A DNA stretch of 62,079 bases from Marine group II euryarchaeote REDSEA-S42_B7 (GCA_001629255.1 LURZ01000014.1:1-62079), one strand, 5' to 3'. Positions 1-10,346 are shown, numbered from the stretch's first letter. Made by a program: numbers and translations. Notes: generated by a model not told the origin, from the letters alone.

Positions 1-150
1 CTTCTGGACTCGTGCTGGCAATCCAAAGTATGAGAGCCCCTGTAAATAGGAACATGGACAACCTGGACCCCTTTTCGGGAAAGGGCTGAAGCCTACTGAG
101 ATAGTAGCAATAGGATCCCAACCCCAGGAGAAGAGCTAACCAAAGAAACA
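1..150 (-). CDS. membrane protein, N-terminal fragment (continues beyond window edge)
   Basis: A minus-strand ATG at 148-150 stays open to base 1 (MFLWLALLLGLGSYCYYLSRLQPFPEKGSRLSMFLFTGALILWIASTSPE, two hydrophobic segments). It begins 2 nt after the stop of the 153..470 gene, which is operon-like spacing. Confidence 0.35.
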
Positions 151-152
151 TC

Positions 153-470
153 TCAATCATCTACCTTGCTGCCCCACCCTGCTTTCCAGAAGTCCTCATC
201 GTCAAGCAAATCTGACCATTCTGGATCCCCTGCTCCTAAGAGCATCATAGCTCTCCTTTCGAGTCCTTCCAGAAGTGCTTCATCCACCTCTTTCTGAGAA
301 AATGCCTTGTGCCATTCTACTCTAAGAGACTCGACTTCTAATTGACCGGCCTCTCTGTTATCGAAACTCTTTTCGCAGATCTCCCTAAGATCTTGAATCC
401 ACATCTTCGAACTTCTTACATGCGGCTCGCTGTGGAGACTCCTCTTTTTTCGGAAGGGCCACCATCCCAT
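153..470 (-). CDS. hypothetical protein
   Basis: 105-codon ORF with an acidic C-terminus, tightly spaced to the downstream minus-strand gene. No motif recognised. Confidence 0.45.
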   Translation of the reverse strand: MGWWPFRKKRSLHSEPHVRSSKMWIQDLREICEKSFDNREAGQLEVESLRVEWHKAFSQKEVDEALLEGLERRAMMLLGAGDPEWSDLLDDEDFWKAGWGSKVDD

Positions 471-546
471 GGTAACAGGTGCACGTCGAAGCCAGACGTC
501 TTGATGCTTTGTGAACTCCTAAGTGCCTAAGGCCGCACGGGACAAT

Positions 547-981
547 ATGGGCCGTGTTGTCGTATACCTGGATAGCAATCCGAAGGACAGCGACATTGCA
601 TCCATTATCAGCAGATATTTGCAGAGAGTCAAATCAAGAGGTATATCGATCGAGATATTTGGATCCAAACGCGGAACCAAGACCTATGAATCAGAGCTGT
701 CAAGATTACCGGGAAGGCTAGTCCTTCTAGATGAGGCGGGGCCTTCAATATCAAGTGAGGGATTCGCCGAATGGCTGAATTCCGCCCGTATAGACAGCAA
801 TCCAACCAATTTGGCGGTGGGGCCCGCAGATGGATTTAGCGATGAACTCAAGCAATCCGCCGACCAACTAATATCTCTGTCAGAACTAACTCTTACCCAT
901 GAGATGGCCGCGGCCTTACTGATGGAACAGCTCTACCGCGCGTCTGAAATCATCCGCGGTTCGGCTTATCACAGGAATTGA
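547..981 (+). CDS. rlmH: 23S rRNA (pseudouridine-N3)-methyltransferase RlmH (SPOUT, YbeA family)
   Basis: The C-terminus SLSELTLTHEMAAALLMEQLYRASEIIRGSAYHRN matches the RlmH knot region (E. coli [35 protein letters not shown]). LVLLDEAG and AVGPADGF match the preceding RlmH blocks. ATG 547 is preferred over GTG 523. Confidence 0.85.
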   Translation: MGRVVVYLDSNPKDSDIASIISRYLQRVKSRGISIEIFGSKRGTKTYESELSRLPGRLVLLDEAGPSISSEGFAEWLNSARIDSNPTNLAVGPADGFSDELKQSADQLISLSELTLTHEMAAALLMEQLYRASEIIRGSAYHRN

Positions 982-1063
982 AAATCCCAGATGATACATC
1001 GGGGCTGCTGTGATACCCAAATCACCATACCGTGGCATCCATTGATAAGCACACAGAATCGGG

Positions 1064-1071
1064 CTTTTATC
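1064..1071 (+). promoter_or_regulatory. TATA-box-like element upstream of the giant surface-protein gene
   Basis: CTTTTATC lies about 26-32 nt upstream of ATG 1097. This spacing fits an archaeal TATA box with a very short or absent leader. Confidence 0.3.
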
Positions 1072-1096
1072 TGCCCGAGGGGAAGCAGTGATTTGC

Positions 1097-4000
1097 ATGA
1101 ACATCAAACTAGAGAGAAAGACACAGAAGAAAATAATCCCAGCATTTTCAATGATAGCGATAATGCTGCTCAGTCCTCAGATATCGCTGCTACTGAACAC
1201 TGACGATTCTCCGGAGCAAGACAGCCGTGTCGAACCCCCCAAAAGAACGGCATACCAACAATTGGAGCAACTTGGGGGATCAGTCCAAGGAGGGAATCAA
1301 AATTCTCCATCCATGATGAGCCAATTCCAGACCGCAGCATATCAAGACCCATTCTACAACGATCCGGCCGCAATCTACGGAAAGGTATCCGATCCATCCG
1401 CCCTGGCACTCAACCCGATGTACGGATTCTTTCTCGAAGAAACGAACACAGACGATCACGATAACGATGGTATTGACGATTTGAATGACCTAGATGATGA
1501 TAATGATGGAATCAACGACCTTATCGAGCGATTCGATGGTTGTTTTGGAACAGATCCCCTTGACCACGATAATGATGGGGTTAGGGACGAGTTTGACTGG
1601 GATGACGACAATGACGGGATACTGGAGGGCCCAATCGACTACTCACAGGGAAACGACCCGTGGAATGTAACTTCAGACAGGTATGTGGAGCCCTTGACCA
1701 GACACCCTTGGACAGGGCAGGAAGTTGGCGACAACTACTTAGTAGACCAGAATCCAATGGATCACGATAATGACGGAATCACCGATGAGGACGTAGATGG
1801 ATCGGGTCGCGGATCGTACGATGAGGATGACGATAATGACGGAAGAATCGATCAGTTCGTTTGGCCCTGTGATTTCGATTCAGACGGAATACAGGATTAC
1901 TTCGACGATGACGATGACAACGATGGTGTAGTAGACATCTCAGACATACACCCATGGGACCCCCTGCAGAATTCGTCTATCGAAACCGCACCCGAAATAC
2001 TGTGGGACTCTTGGGTCAGGTGGGATCCTGAGGATTACGGCGAATACGTCGATGGGCTTGACTACGTCGCCCTTCACGCCCTGGAACACCCCAGAGAACA
2101 GGCTTTCTCTGAGATAGTGGACGGTGACCTCGATGGAGATGGAATTCCAAACTTCCTTGATCCCGACAACGACAACGATGGGGCCCCCGACTCCTCAGAC
2201 ACCGATGACGATAATGATGGTCTGGCGGACATGTATGATGTAGACGACGACAATGACGGTATACCCGACTCATGCAGGCAGTTGGATACGAATGGAGATG
2301 GCCAAGGAGATTATCCTTTACAGGCATTCAACGGCGCTATAGTGGCCATCCAAGTACCCGGAACCGAATGTGAAATAGACTATGACGGGGATCTTGATGA
2401 TGATAGATTCAGAGCCATAGACGGAGATTACGACATGGTCTGGGACTGGCTCGATCCCGATATGGGGGGTACGACAAATCCAGACAACCTACAGGGAGGA
2501 TCACAGCCTTGGGATTTGGATGATGACGGAATCCCCAATGAGGATGATCCGTACCCGATGAACTCAACAGCCGAGGTAGCAACATGGGACTGTGCCAGCG
2601 TTGCGAACCCGAATCCCCAGGACCCTAGCGACAATTGTGTACTTTGGCGGACGTCCTACACCGGGTTCAACGACTGGGATGGAGATGGCCTGAACAACTG
2701 GGTCGACATGGATGACGACAATGACGGAATCCTGGATTGGCTGGATATAGACCCCGACTGCGATTTGGATAACGATGCAGATCTACATGAGCTAAACGGT
2801 TCGATGTTTAGGGACGACGGAGCGAATGACATAGATACCGATGTGGATGGAGACGGTCTCCAGAACGATGAGGACTGGGACGACGACAACGATGGGATCA
2901 ATGATTTCTTCGACCCTGACGACGGAAACTGCGGTGTAGTGGACATAGACAATACGGATAACTTCTGGGGCAATAGCTGGCCTCAGGGAGACGGCGATGC
3001 CATTGATGGTTCCGAGGACGGCGATGCATATGTTGCAGTCCCGAACTACTACTGGAACCTCACTTGGGGGTTCAACCCCTTCAATACTAACAACAGCTTC
3101 ATGCTCGACTACAACGGGTACGATCCAAACAACCTCGACGACCCAAGTGGAATTATTCCTGAGATGTACTGGACTCTGATGATGAAGTGGAGCCCCTACA
3201 ATGGGGACAACTTCTTCGATATCGACAGCGATGGAGACTCACTGGTAAACGGAATAGACGTGGACCAGGATGGAGATGGAATGCCAGATTGGTGGGATCA
3301 AGACGAGGGCAATGACGGAGTTCTGGATGTCGACGACGTCAAAATGGGAGGTACCTTGGATGGCAACTCATGTGGAACAGTCATCCTTTCCCCAACAACT
3401 GAGAGATTCTGCGGTCACATTTACGCATTCCAATTCAAGGCGCCTCTACTTACTCCAACTCAATCAGGAGGGCAATCTTTCACTGTTCCGTACAGCAGCA
3501 GACCCGACTCTGAATGGGACGATGGGGCATATGATGGGACAAATCACCCCACTGGAATGGGTAGTTGTGACAGCAACTGTTTCTGGTTCACCTTTGACCC
3601 TACTAGCAACCCAACCCCTTCAGTTGCGTACAGATACGACGACATCAAAAATAACAGGGATCTTTGGATAGCTTACCTCGGTGTTACCGTCTTCGGATTC
3701 TTTCAGTGGACTTCGGACGCAAATAACAACTTCTTCCCCGATGAGATTGCTGACGATCTCAACGATGACGTAGATCCAGACGTGGACTGCGGGCAGCCCA
3801 TGCCGGAGGTATCGTGGACCCCAAGTTGCATGTACAACAATACTAACGACCTGGACGACGACTGGGACATAGTCTACGATCACTTCGATGTGGACGATGA
3901 CAATGACGGTATCTGGGATTATTTCGAAATCGACTCAAATGACGATCTAGATGATGATTCAGGTATAGAGGAGCCATACTACTTCACAGGAAGCAATTGC

Positions 4001-7000
4001 GAGGATAATGACGACGACGGTCTGGACACTGACCCCGACGATGATGGAATATACCAGGCAGTATGGGATAAAGGAGTACTAGGTCAGGCCCTACTATTCC
4101 CAGAGTACTACGATGTGGATAACGATAACGACGGAGTTCCGGACGGAGAAGACCCAGACGACGATAATAATGGACTTCTAGATGATGCTCAGGAGGCATT
4201 CGAAGGATGCTTCACAGGGGAGGAACAGAGCCCATGGGATCACGATAACGATGGGATAGTTAACTGGGCAGATGACGACTGGGACGGCGACGGAATTCCA
4301 AATTCCCTAGAGCTCCAGAACTTCAACGATACCAACGGTACGGCAGATCCTATCGACGACACCCCCACCCTTAACTTCCCCATAGCCCCATGGGACCATG
4401 ACAATGACGGAATAAGGGACGATATAGACGAAGACGATGATTATGACGGTATGAAGGACGAGGATGAAGTGATGCTGTGGCCTTCACGATACGGTACTGA
4501 ATCAACGAACCCATGGGACCACGACGACTTTGGAGGAGGGGTCGGACTGGCAAACCCCAACAACAACTCCACGGGTCCAGATTACTACGATGTAGACGAC
4601 GACAACGATGGAAGGGCGGACTTGGACTGGAACAACCCCTCTTCGGGGGATTGGGCTACACCATCAAACAAGATTGAGGAATCCTCAGGATGGAGCTCGG
4701 ATTGGGATTCTGACAACGATGGAATTCTAGACAACGACGATAAGATACCGACTAGAATCACTCTGACTGCTCCATCTGTAATGTGGCTAGACGAAAACCG
4801 GCCAGTAATATTCAACGGCTCTGTATTCTGGCTGGACGACACAGGTTTCGTCCCAGCACCAGACCTCCCTGTCCAAGTCCACATTAGGTACTCTGCGAAC
4901 GGGACGTCCGTCATAGAGACAATCGACGTCCTCACTGATGACAACGGGGAGTATATCGTCGGCCAGTTCTTGTTCCCGGAAGACATCGATGTAGGGCCTA
5001 ACTCAACCTATGAGGTCTACTCAGAGGTTACAGAGATGTTCGTTCACGACTACAGCTCGACGCTTTCAGACACTGACGGAGACGGCATCGGAGACTCGGG
5101 GATGCCTGTCGAGGTAAGGGCGAACACCACGATTGGATTCGTATCCGGGGAGAGGTTCAGATCGGACGAGCAACCCCTCAAGTTAGACTTCAAGGTCCAC
5201 TATTCGGCAGACTATAACAGAGGGATTTTCGACAACAGACTGCCCTATGCGCCAGTTTCCTTCACGATTAGCGACCCAGGCCCCCAGTTCGGGAACATCA
5301 CCCATCCGACTGTCTATGATGGATACGGGAACGGATACAGGGCTGACGCAGGGGGCTGGGTTTCACTGGCTTACAACCAATCCCTGGATGTATGGGAACA
5401 GGTCCAGTGGAACTCACTGCTCGATAATGGACCGGGCGTACCGACAGGCGGATATGAGGAGATAGTGTGGAATCCCTGTGGACCGCTCAATCCGGTAGGA
5501 TCCCATTCTGTCATAGCGCCATATGAGTACAAGAACACCTCGCTCCCTGTTGGTGACTATACCTTCATCGGATTCTCACGTCCCGATCTGGGAGGATGCA
5601 CTGACGACTCCTACGAATGGCCATGGTCCCACCTCGAGGGTTCAGAGACGGACGCCTTCTACATACGTTCCATGCACAGGATGTTCATAGAGGCCGAGAT
5701 GTCAGCGGCCTCCTTCAGACCAGTCTACTTCTGGGATTCTACTCAGTTCACAGGATCGTCCTTCGGTGCATGGAGAGCTCTCTTCCATGCCCCATCCCTT
5801 GTTAATGCGAACATGACATACCAGGAGGCAAGCCTTGGCAAGCCATACCCGCTTCTGTGGGACGGGACTCCCTCGGGGCTTTCTGGAATAGCAGCCGGCG
5901 CGCTAGCCCCGTTCCTGTCCTCAGATGGGATAAACTGGACCATAACGATGCAGAATGCGGCTGACTTTGACTCGCCTCCATGCGGCCCGGTCGACCCACT
6001 TGATCCCAGCAGCCAGATTCGCTGCGAGATAGTACCAGAGATATTCGCAGGTGAGTCCGTCAGGGTAAGGGGACACGTCTGGAACAAGACAATGGTGCCC
6101 GTAACTGACTTCGACGGTGATGGAACGAAGGACCCCATAGCAGTACAGATAGACTTGGACTACAATGGGATCTTCGCTGGATCCATAGAGACTCGAGTGA
6201 ACCAGAGACTTGACATCGATACGGAAGGCCTGGCAACATTCGATCACGACATAATCTGGGACCCATATTGGCCAGCATCGACGTACGGCTTCAGAGCCGA
6301 CTTCGGTCAGGCCGACTACTTCTTCACTGGAGAGCAAGCAGGAGTCTTAGCGGCCACCGGCGCGTACGGAAATGTGTCTGTCATAGGTTCTACTGACTTC
6401 CTATTGACATCTCTGACGCGCCTCTACAGGGGACAGAACGCGACTGTCGAGGCCCGTCTGATTGACAATGCCGGGCTTCCTGTACGTGAAGCCCCAGTGA
6501 ACTGGTCATGGGCCGAGGACCAATCGAGCGGTGTGGTTTTCACAGACAATAACGGAATATTCAGGGTCAATCTGACAGACATTGACACCTTGGGGAACTT
6601 CTCGCTCAGTTTCACCTACCTCGGAGACAAGTTCAGGCTAGGAAGCACAGACTCAGTAGACATGTGGGTCGTTTCGAGGACGTTCATCAATGTCCAGAGC
6701 ACCAGTCCAAACATCAGATCTAATGGAGATTTGTGGGAATTCACCGCTGTTGTCACTGATGATAATAGAACTCCATTCGACAAGGACGGAGGCCAGGTTC
6801 TGAATAGCTGTGAGGGAGAGATGCAGAATCCTGAGGGATACGACCTGGGAGGCAACGTAACTGTAATATTCGAGGGAATAGACTTCGAGGACAGGACCCA
6901 CCGACAGATAGTCTCCGTCGAGTGCCCGGCATCCGGCTCCATCGGCTATGGACAATACCTGGACCCGCAGCTGCTGAAGGACGACCCATTCTCCTTCCTT

Positions 7001-9007
7001 CCCGATGGTTTCGGACCTGTGAACGTAATCCTACGGTTCGAGGAGAACCTACCTCACGAGGGTTGCGAACCCATAGACGCGGGAATGCTGTCCACATCAG
7101 GAGCATGGGACCCCTGCGTGACCATCCTCAACAGTGATCACTTCAGGAAGGTACTGCAGTTCCAAGTAGATGGGTTCAGCCTCATCGGGAACACCGATCT
7201 GCAAGTAGACCAACAGATAGTCTACACCTCTGAGATAGATCTGGATACCGGACAGATACTTGAGAAGCCAATGATAGTGACCGGACAGTTAACCGATGAG
7301 CTCGGAGGAAACCTGTCAAACAGACAAATCAGAGTCACATTCGAGATGGGATCTATGGTATTCGACCCTGTCGAGAATCGAATGAAATTCCGTGCAGGAG
7401 ATGACGGCATAGAGGCCTGTATCCCGGGAGCAACCGATGAGAACGGATTCTTCGACATCAACTGCCCTATGACTGGCGTCGACGCAGGAATGGCCAAGGT
7501 GAAGATAGAGTACAATGCCTGGGACCCGCTAAACAATGACCGATACAGATACAAGAATAAGACACAAGCAATGTTCTTCCCCGTCTTCTCCAACTCGACG
7601 ATCGACGTAACGGAAGTAGGTCCGTTTAGGTCAGACTACCTAACATACACCTTCCCGAACGGCTCAACCTTCGAAGTTCTGTACCTGAAAGAGGCATTCC
7701 ACATCAATGCCAGGCTCTCCCAGTCAAACGGAAAGCCAGTCGGTGGGAAGTGCGTCAACATTTACCTAGATCCAGAAGTAAACACCAGGCCGATAGCCAC
7801 AGCATTCACAGCCGGTGGGACCGGTGAATTTGTTTGGTACTCGGCAGATCCAGATGACAACCCCAGTAGGAGGGGAGTCGAGCCTAGCGGAAACAACCTC
7901 GAAGGGTTCCGTACTGTCAGAGTTGCTTACGAGCCAGAACGGTACGTACCAGGGGGCTGCGACTACGAAGCACTGGAACCAAACCCGGTTCTGAATAGCT
8001 CTGTAGTAGACGTCGAAGTCCTAGTGAGAAGCAAGGTTGACATTCTGCTGAAGCAGCACTGGTCGAGCCCCGCTGGATACCAAGAGGGTGATATTATCGC
8101 GGGGGAGGTCGCAATCCTTAGAGACAGGCTGGATCTCACTGTTGAGGGACAGAGAGTAGAATTCCACCGGCAGTTCTGGAATGAGTCCGGAGAGTGGCAG
8201 ACAGAGAGAGTGGAGATACTGATCACCAATGAGAGGGGATCTGCGAACTTCTCCTTCCCATACACCGGTGAAACCATTCCCGGACACCCGGAGTGGAGCG
8301 CCCCAGGAGGTAAATGGAGGGTCTTGGTTCACTTTGAATCAGTAGACGCTAACAAACCCTACTTTGTAGAGAAGTGGCTAAATAGCACCCCGGAGATAAA
8401 ACTGGGGGTTGGCACCTCTTCGGCTTCGGGCGGGCTCTGGACTACCCAAGTCCTGCTCCTCGCCGGAATATCGCTCTCAACAGTGGCACTGGTGGGTGCG
8501 ATGATGTACAACAACTACAGAGAGAGAAGAAAGGTCGAGGTCCTCCGGGGCATACTGACCGACGCGCTAATGTCCCTCAAGGCCTCGAACAATTACATCG
8601 AGGCTATCTTCTCCTGCTACAAGGATCTCATCAAGTACTTCAGGATGAAAGGCGCCATGAAGAAGGTCTTCGAGACCACCAGAGAGTTCGAGGATGTCAT
8701 CAACAACATGCTCGGAGGAATAGTACCACCAGAGGAGATCGACTCCTTCTTCTCGATATTCGAGGAGGCTCGCTATTCTGATCACGATATAGGATCGGAG
8801 GAGAGGGACAGGGCGATACAGATATTCCAGTCGATGATTGGTAGGATGAACAGATCTCTCGGAGATAGCTTGCTTACAAGGGAGGCGATCGGCGAGTCCT
8901 CTTTGTACGGTCCCTCAGTGAAGGCAGGGCAGTTCGTCGATGCAGATGGAAACATTAGGTTCGCCGGAGTAGATGATGCAGAGGAAAACGACGGTTTCAA
9001 AATCTGA
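1097..9007 (+). CDS. giant acidic Ca-binding surface protein (TSP type-3 repeats, beta-sandwich region, C-terminal TM anchor, DUF4129-like cytoplasmic tail)
   Basis: 2,636 codons. It has an N-terminal signal-anchor (IIPAFSMIAIMLLSPQISLLL). Positions ~1440-4745 are packed with DxDxDGxxDxxDxDDDNDG repeats (e.g. DHDNDGIDDLNDLDDDNDGINDL). Positions ~4750-8400 hold Ig/carboxypeptidase-regulatory-like segments (ATVEARLIDNAGLPVREAPVNWSW; IVTGQLTDELGGNLSNRQIRVTF). A TM helix LWTTQVLLLAGISLSTVALVGAMMY is followed by a tail with TTREFEDVI...FEEARYSDHDIGSEE. GTG 1088 is an alternative start. Confidence 0.9.
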   Translation: MNIKLERKTQKKIIPAFSMIAIMLLSPQISLLLNTDDSPEQDSRVEPPKRTAYQQLEQLGGSVQGGNQNSPSMMSQFQTAAYQDPFYNDPAAIYGKVSDPSALALNPMYGFFLEETNTDDHDNDGIDDLNDLDDDNDGINDLIERFDGCFGTDPLDHDNDGVRDEFDWDDDNDGILEGPIDYSQGNDPWNVTSDRYVEPLTRHPWTGQEVGDNYLVDQNPMDHDNDGITDEDVDGSGRGSYDEDDDNDGRIDQFVWPCDFDSDGIQDYFDDDDDNDGVVDISDIHPWDPLQNSSIETAPEILWDSWVRWDPEDYGEYVDGLDYVALHALEHPREQAFSEIVDGDLDGDGIPNFLDPDNDNDGAPDSSDTDDDNDGLADMYDVDDDNDGIPDSCRQLDTNGDGQGDYPLQAFNGAIVAIQVPGTECEIDYDGDLDDDRFRAIDGDYDMVWDWLDPDMGGTTNPDNLQGGSQPWDLDDDGIPNEDDPYPMNSTAEVATWDCASVANPNPQDPSDNCVLWRTSYTGFNDWDGDGLNNWVDMDDDNDGILDWLDIDPDCDLDNDADLHELNGSMFRDDGANDIDTDVDGDGLQNDEDWDDDNDGINDFFDPDDGNCGVVDIDNTDNFWGNSWPQGDGDAIDGSEDGDAYVAVPNYYWNLTWGFNPFNTNNSFMLDYNGYDPNNLDDPSGIIPEMYWTLMMKWSPYNGDNFFDIDSDGDSLVNGIDVDQDGDGMPDWWDQDEGNDGVLDVDDVKMGGTLDGNSCGTVILSPTTERFCGHIYAFQFKAPLLTPTQSGGQSFTVPYSSRPDSEWDDGAYDGTNHPTGMGSCDSNCFWFTFDPTSNPTPSVAYRYDDIKNNRDLWIAYLGVTVFGFFQWTSDANNNFFPDEIADDLNDDVDPDVDCGQPMPEVSWTPSCMYNNTNDLDDDWDIVYDHFDVDDDNDGIWDYFEIDSNDDLDDDSGIEEPYYFTGSNCEDNDDDGLDTDPDDDGIYQAVWDKGVLGQALLFPEYYDVDNDNDGVPDGEDPDDDNNGLLDDAQEAFEGCFTGEEQSPWDHDNDGIVNWADDDWDGDGIPNSLELQNFNDTNGTADPIDDTPTLNFPIAPWDHDNDGIRDDIDEDDDYDGMKDEDEVMLWPSRYGTESTNPWDHDDFGGGVGLANPNNNSTGPDYYDVDDDNDGRADLDWNNPSSGDWATPSNKIEESSGWSSDWDSDNDGILDNDDKIPTRITLTAPSVMWLDENRPVIFNGSVFWLDDTGFVPAPDLPVQVHIRYSANGTSVIETIDVLTDDNGEYIVGQFLFPEDIDVGPNSTYEVYSEVTEMFVHDYSSTLSDTDGDGIGDSGMPVEVRANTTIGFVSGERFRSDEQPLKLDFKVHYSADYNRGIFDNRLPYAPVSFTISDPGPQFGNITHPTVYDGYGNGYRADAGGWVSLAYNQSLDVWEQVQWNSLLDNGPGVPTGGYEEIVWNPCGPLNPVGSHSVIAPYEYKNTSLPVGDYTFIGFSRPDLGGCTDDSYEWPWSHLEGSETDAFYIRSMHRMFIEAEMSAASFRPVYFWDSTQFTGSSFGAWRALFHAPSLVNANMTYQEASLGKPYPLLWDGTPSGLSGIAAGALAPFLSSDGINWTITMQNAADFDSPPCGPVDPLDPSSQIRCEIVPEIFAGESVRVRGHVWNKTMVPVTDFDGDGTKDPIAVQIDLDYNGIFAGSIETRVNQRLDIDTEGLATFDHDIIWDPYWPASTYGFRADFGQADYFFTGEQAGVLAATGAYGNVSVIGSTDFLLTSLTRLYRGQNATVEARLIDNAGLPVREAPVNWSWAEDQSSGVVFTDNNGIFRVNLTDIDTLGNFSLSFTYLGDKFRLGSTDSVDMWVVSRTFINVQSTSPNIRSNGDLWEFTAVVTDDNRTPFDKDGGQVLNSCEGEMQNPEGYDLGGNVTVIFEGIDFEDRTHRQIVSVECPASGSIGYGQYLDPQLLKDDPFSFLPDGFGPVNVILRFEENLPHEGCEPIDAGMLSTSGAWDPCVTILNSDHFRKVLQFQVDGFSLIGNTDLQVDQQIVYTSEIDLDTGQILEKPMIVTGQLTDELGGNLSNRQIRVTFEMGSMVFDPVENRMKFRAGDDGIEACIPGATDENGFFDINCPMTGVDAGMAKVKIEYNAWDPLNNDRYRYKNKTQAMFFPVFSNSTIDVTEVGPFRSDYLTYTFPNGSTFEVLYLKEAFHINARLSQSNGKPVGGKCVNIYLDPEVNTRPIATAFTAGGTGEFVWYSADPDDNPSRRGVEPSGNNLEGFRTVRVAYEPERYVPGGCDYEALEPNPVLNSSVVDVEVLVRSKVDILLKQHWSSPAGYQEGDIIAGEVAILRDRLDLTVEGQRVEFHRQFWNESGEWQTERVEILITNERGSANFSFPYTGETIPGHPEWSAPGGKWRVLVHFESVDANKPYFVEKWLNSTPEIKLGVGTSSASGGLWTTQVLLLAGISLSTVALVGAMMYNNYRERRKVEVLRGILTDALMSLKASNNYIEAIFSCYKDLIKYFRMKGAMKKVFETTREFEDVINNMLGGIVPPEEIDSFFSIFEEARYSDHDIGSEERDRAIQIFQSMIGRMNRSLGDSLLTREAIGESSLYGPSVKAGQFVDADGNIRFAGVDDAEENDGFKI
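1440..4745 (+). repeat. array of thrombospondin type-3-like calcium-binding repeats (coding)
   Basis: The Asp-rich unit D-x-D-x-D-G-x-x-D-x-x-D recurs (gatgacgataatgatgg-type DNA words) throughout this part of the giant ORF. Confidence 0.8.
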
Positions 9008-9066
9008 AGTAATGAGGAAATCCATTGTCCTAACGCCCCTATGGGCCTGATTATGGGAGGGATACC

Positions 9067-9432
9067 GTGGGTAAGCAAGAGAGGAAGACCAACTCAGCGC
9101 TAGTTTCGCTCATAGGAGACCTGAAGGATCACAGCAGAACAACCGGCTCTCCAATATGGAGGGACACTGCCTCTAGGTTAGAGACCAGCAGGAAAAACTG
9201 GGCAGAGCCCAATCTCAGCCATATTTCCAGGCACTCTGCAAAGAAGGAGACAATACTGGTGCCCGGCAAGGTTCTGGGCAGCGGAAGCATCAGCGGAGGG
9301 CAGACGGTAGCCGCCTTCAGCTTCAGCGATGGAGCCAGGACCAAGATAGAGGCCTCCGGAGGGAGGACTCTTAGCATTCGCGAACTTATGGACGAGAACC
9401 CCAACGGCAAGGGGGTGAGAATCCTTGTCTGA
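9067..9432 (+). CDS. rpl18e: 50S ribosomal protein L18e
   Basis: KTNSALVSLIGDLK...SPIWRDTASRLETSRKNWAEPNLSHISRH...ILVPGKVLGSGSI is the typical archaeal L18e sequence. The GTG start is preceded by GGGAGG. Confidence 0.9.
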   Translation: MGKQERKTNSALVSLIGDLKDHSRTTGSPIWRDTASRLETSRKNWAEPNLSHISRHSAKKETILVPGKVLGSGSISGGQTVAAFSFSDGARTKIEASGGRTLSIRELMDENPNGKGVRILV

Positions 9433-9439
9433 GACGACC

Positions 9440-9907
9440 ATGGTATACGATGCCACGGATAAGATTCTTGGCAGGCTAGCCAGTCAGGTGGCGAAAGAGA
9501 TGATTTCTGCCAGGAAGTCAGGCAGGCAGCAGAGGGTCATCATAATCAACGCAGAGGATGCCATTGTTTCGGGACCCAGGACCAAGGTACTGGGCGACTA
9601 CAGGGCGAAATACAATCTCAACCACGCCAGAAAAGGGCCATTCTTCCCAAGGATGCCTGACAAGATAATCAAGAGAACAGTCAGGGGAATGCTCCCGTAT
9701 CAGAAGAACAGCAGCGGAAGGGGGGCCCTGAGGGACCTCAGAGTCATGATAGGGACCCCGCAAAACCTCTCTATGGAAGAACTCCCAGACGGACACGAGT
9801 GGGGGCCGACAGAGAACATTGTTCGCGATACTCCCAATAAGTACGTCAGACTGGGCGAGATTAGTTCCCACCTTGGAGTGGATGCAAGTAGATGGAGAGG
9901 TGAGTGA
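9440..9907 (+). CDS. rpl13: 50S ribosomal protein L13
   Basis: [21 protein letters not shown]...[14 protein letters not shown]...RTVRGMLPY are L13 hallmarks. The ATG at 9440 lies just after the L18e stop (TTG 9425 is an alternative). Confidence 0.9.
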   Translation: MVYDATDKILGRLASQVAKEMISARKSGRQQRVIIINAEDAIVSGPRTKVLGDYRAKYNLNHARKGPFFPRMPDKIIKRTVRGMLPYQKNSSGRGALRDLRVMIGTPQNLSMEELPDGHEWGPTENIVRDTPNKYVRLGEISSHLGVDASRWRGE

Positions 9908-10346
9908 ATTGGCAAGAAAGAAGCGGACCAAGGTGGTCAACACCAGTGGAAAGAGAAAGACCGCAATAGCCAGAGCCACTCTGAAACCCGGCAAGGGTAG
10001 GGTCAGGATCAACGGTCACCCAATCCACATCCTTGAGCCGGAACTCGCTCGGAGGAAGGCACTTGAACCAATTAGAATCGCCGAGGCAATGAACAGAATT
10101 GACAGAGTAGACATCTCTGTCGATGTGAAGGGCGGTGGACAGATGGGCCAAGTCGATGCCATCAGGACCGCCATAGCCCGTGGTCTGGTGAAGTACAACG
10201 ATGGAGCCGAGGGCGATGATGAGGAACTGAGGGACGAGTTCGTACGATTCGAGAGGAAGATTCTGGTAAACGACCCCAGGAGAAAGGAACCCAAGCATCA
10301 AATGGGTAGAGGCGCTCGAAAGAAGTGGCAGAAGTCGTACAGGTAG
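9882..10346 (+). CDS. rps9: 30S ribosomal protein S9
   Basis: [24 protein letters not shown]...[20 protein letters not shown]...[24 protein letters not shown]. The start is ATG 9882 or GTG 9900, overlapping the L13 stop. The upstream part of the 9819 ORF is read-through. Confidence 0.9.
   Translation: MQVDGEVSELARKKRTKVVNTSGKRKTAIARATLKPGKGRVRINGHPIHILEPELARRKALEPIRIAEAMNRIDRVDISVDVKGGGQMGQVDAIRTAIARGLVKYNDGAEGDDEELRDEFVRFERKILVNDPRRKEPKHQMGRGARKKWQKSYR

Noticed and set aside
2016-8332. Many 60-140-aa ORFs on both strands inside the giant surface-protein gene
   Set aside because: All are nested in one uninterrupted 7.9-kb frame with consistent repeat and domain content. They are by-products of the repetitive Asp codons (GAT/GAC read as ATC/GTC on the other strand).
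9008-9066. Possible C/D-box sRNA (AATGAGGA ... CTGA) between the giant gene and rpl18e
   Set aside because: The C box is imperfect, there is no C'/D' pair, and the spacing (~30 nt) is too short. The segment more likely just carries the GGGAGG ribosome-binding site for rpl18e.
9943-9960. CCAGTGGAAAGAGAAAG (ORB-core-like); a similar TCCACTGGAAAG lies at 22908-22919
   Set aside because: Both lie inside coding sequence. The first encodes the conserved S9 motif TSGKRKT and the second is within trm1. Both lack the G-string, so they are chance matches.
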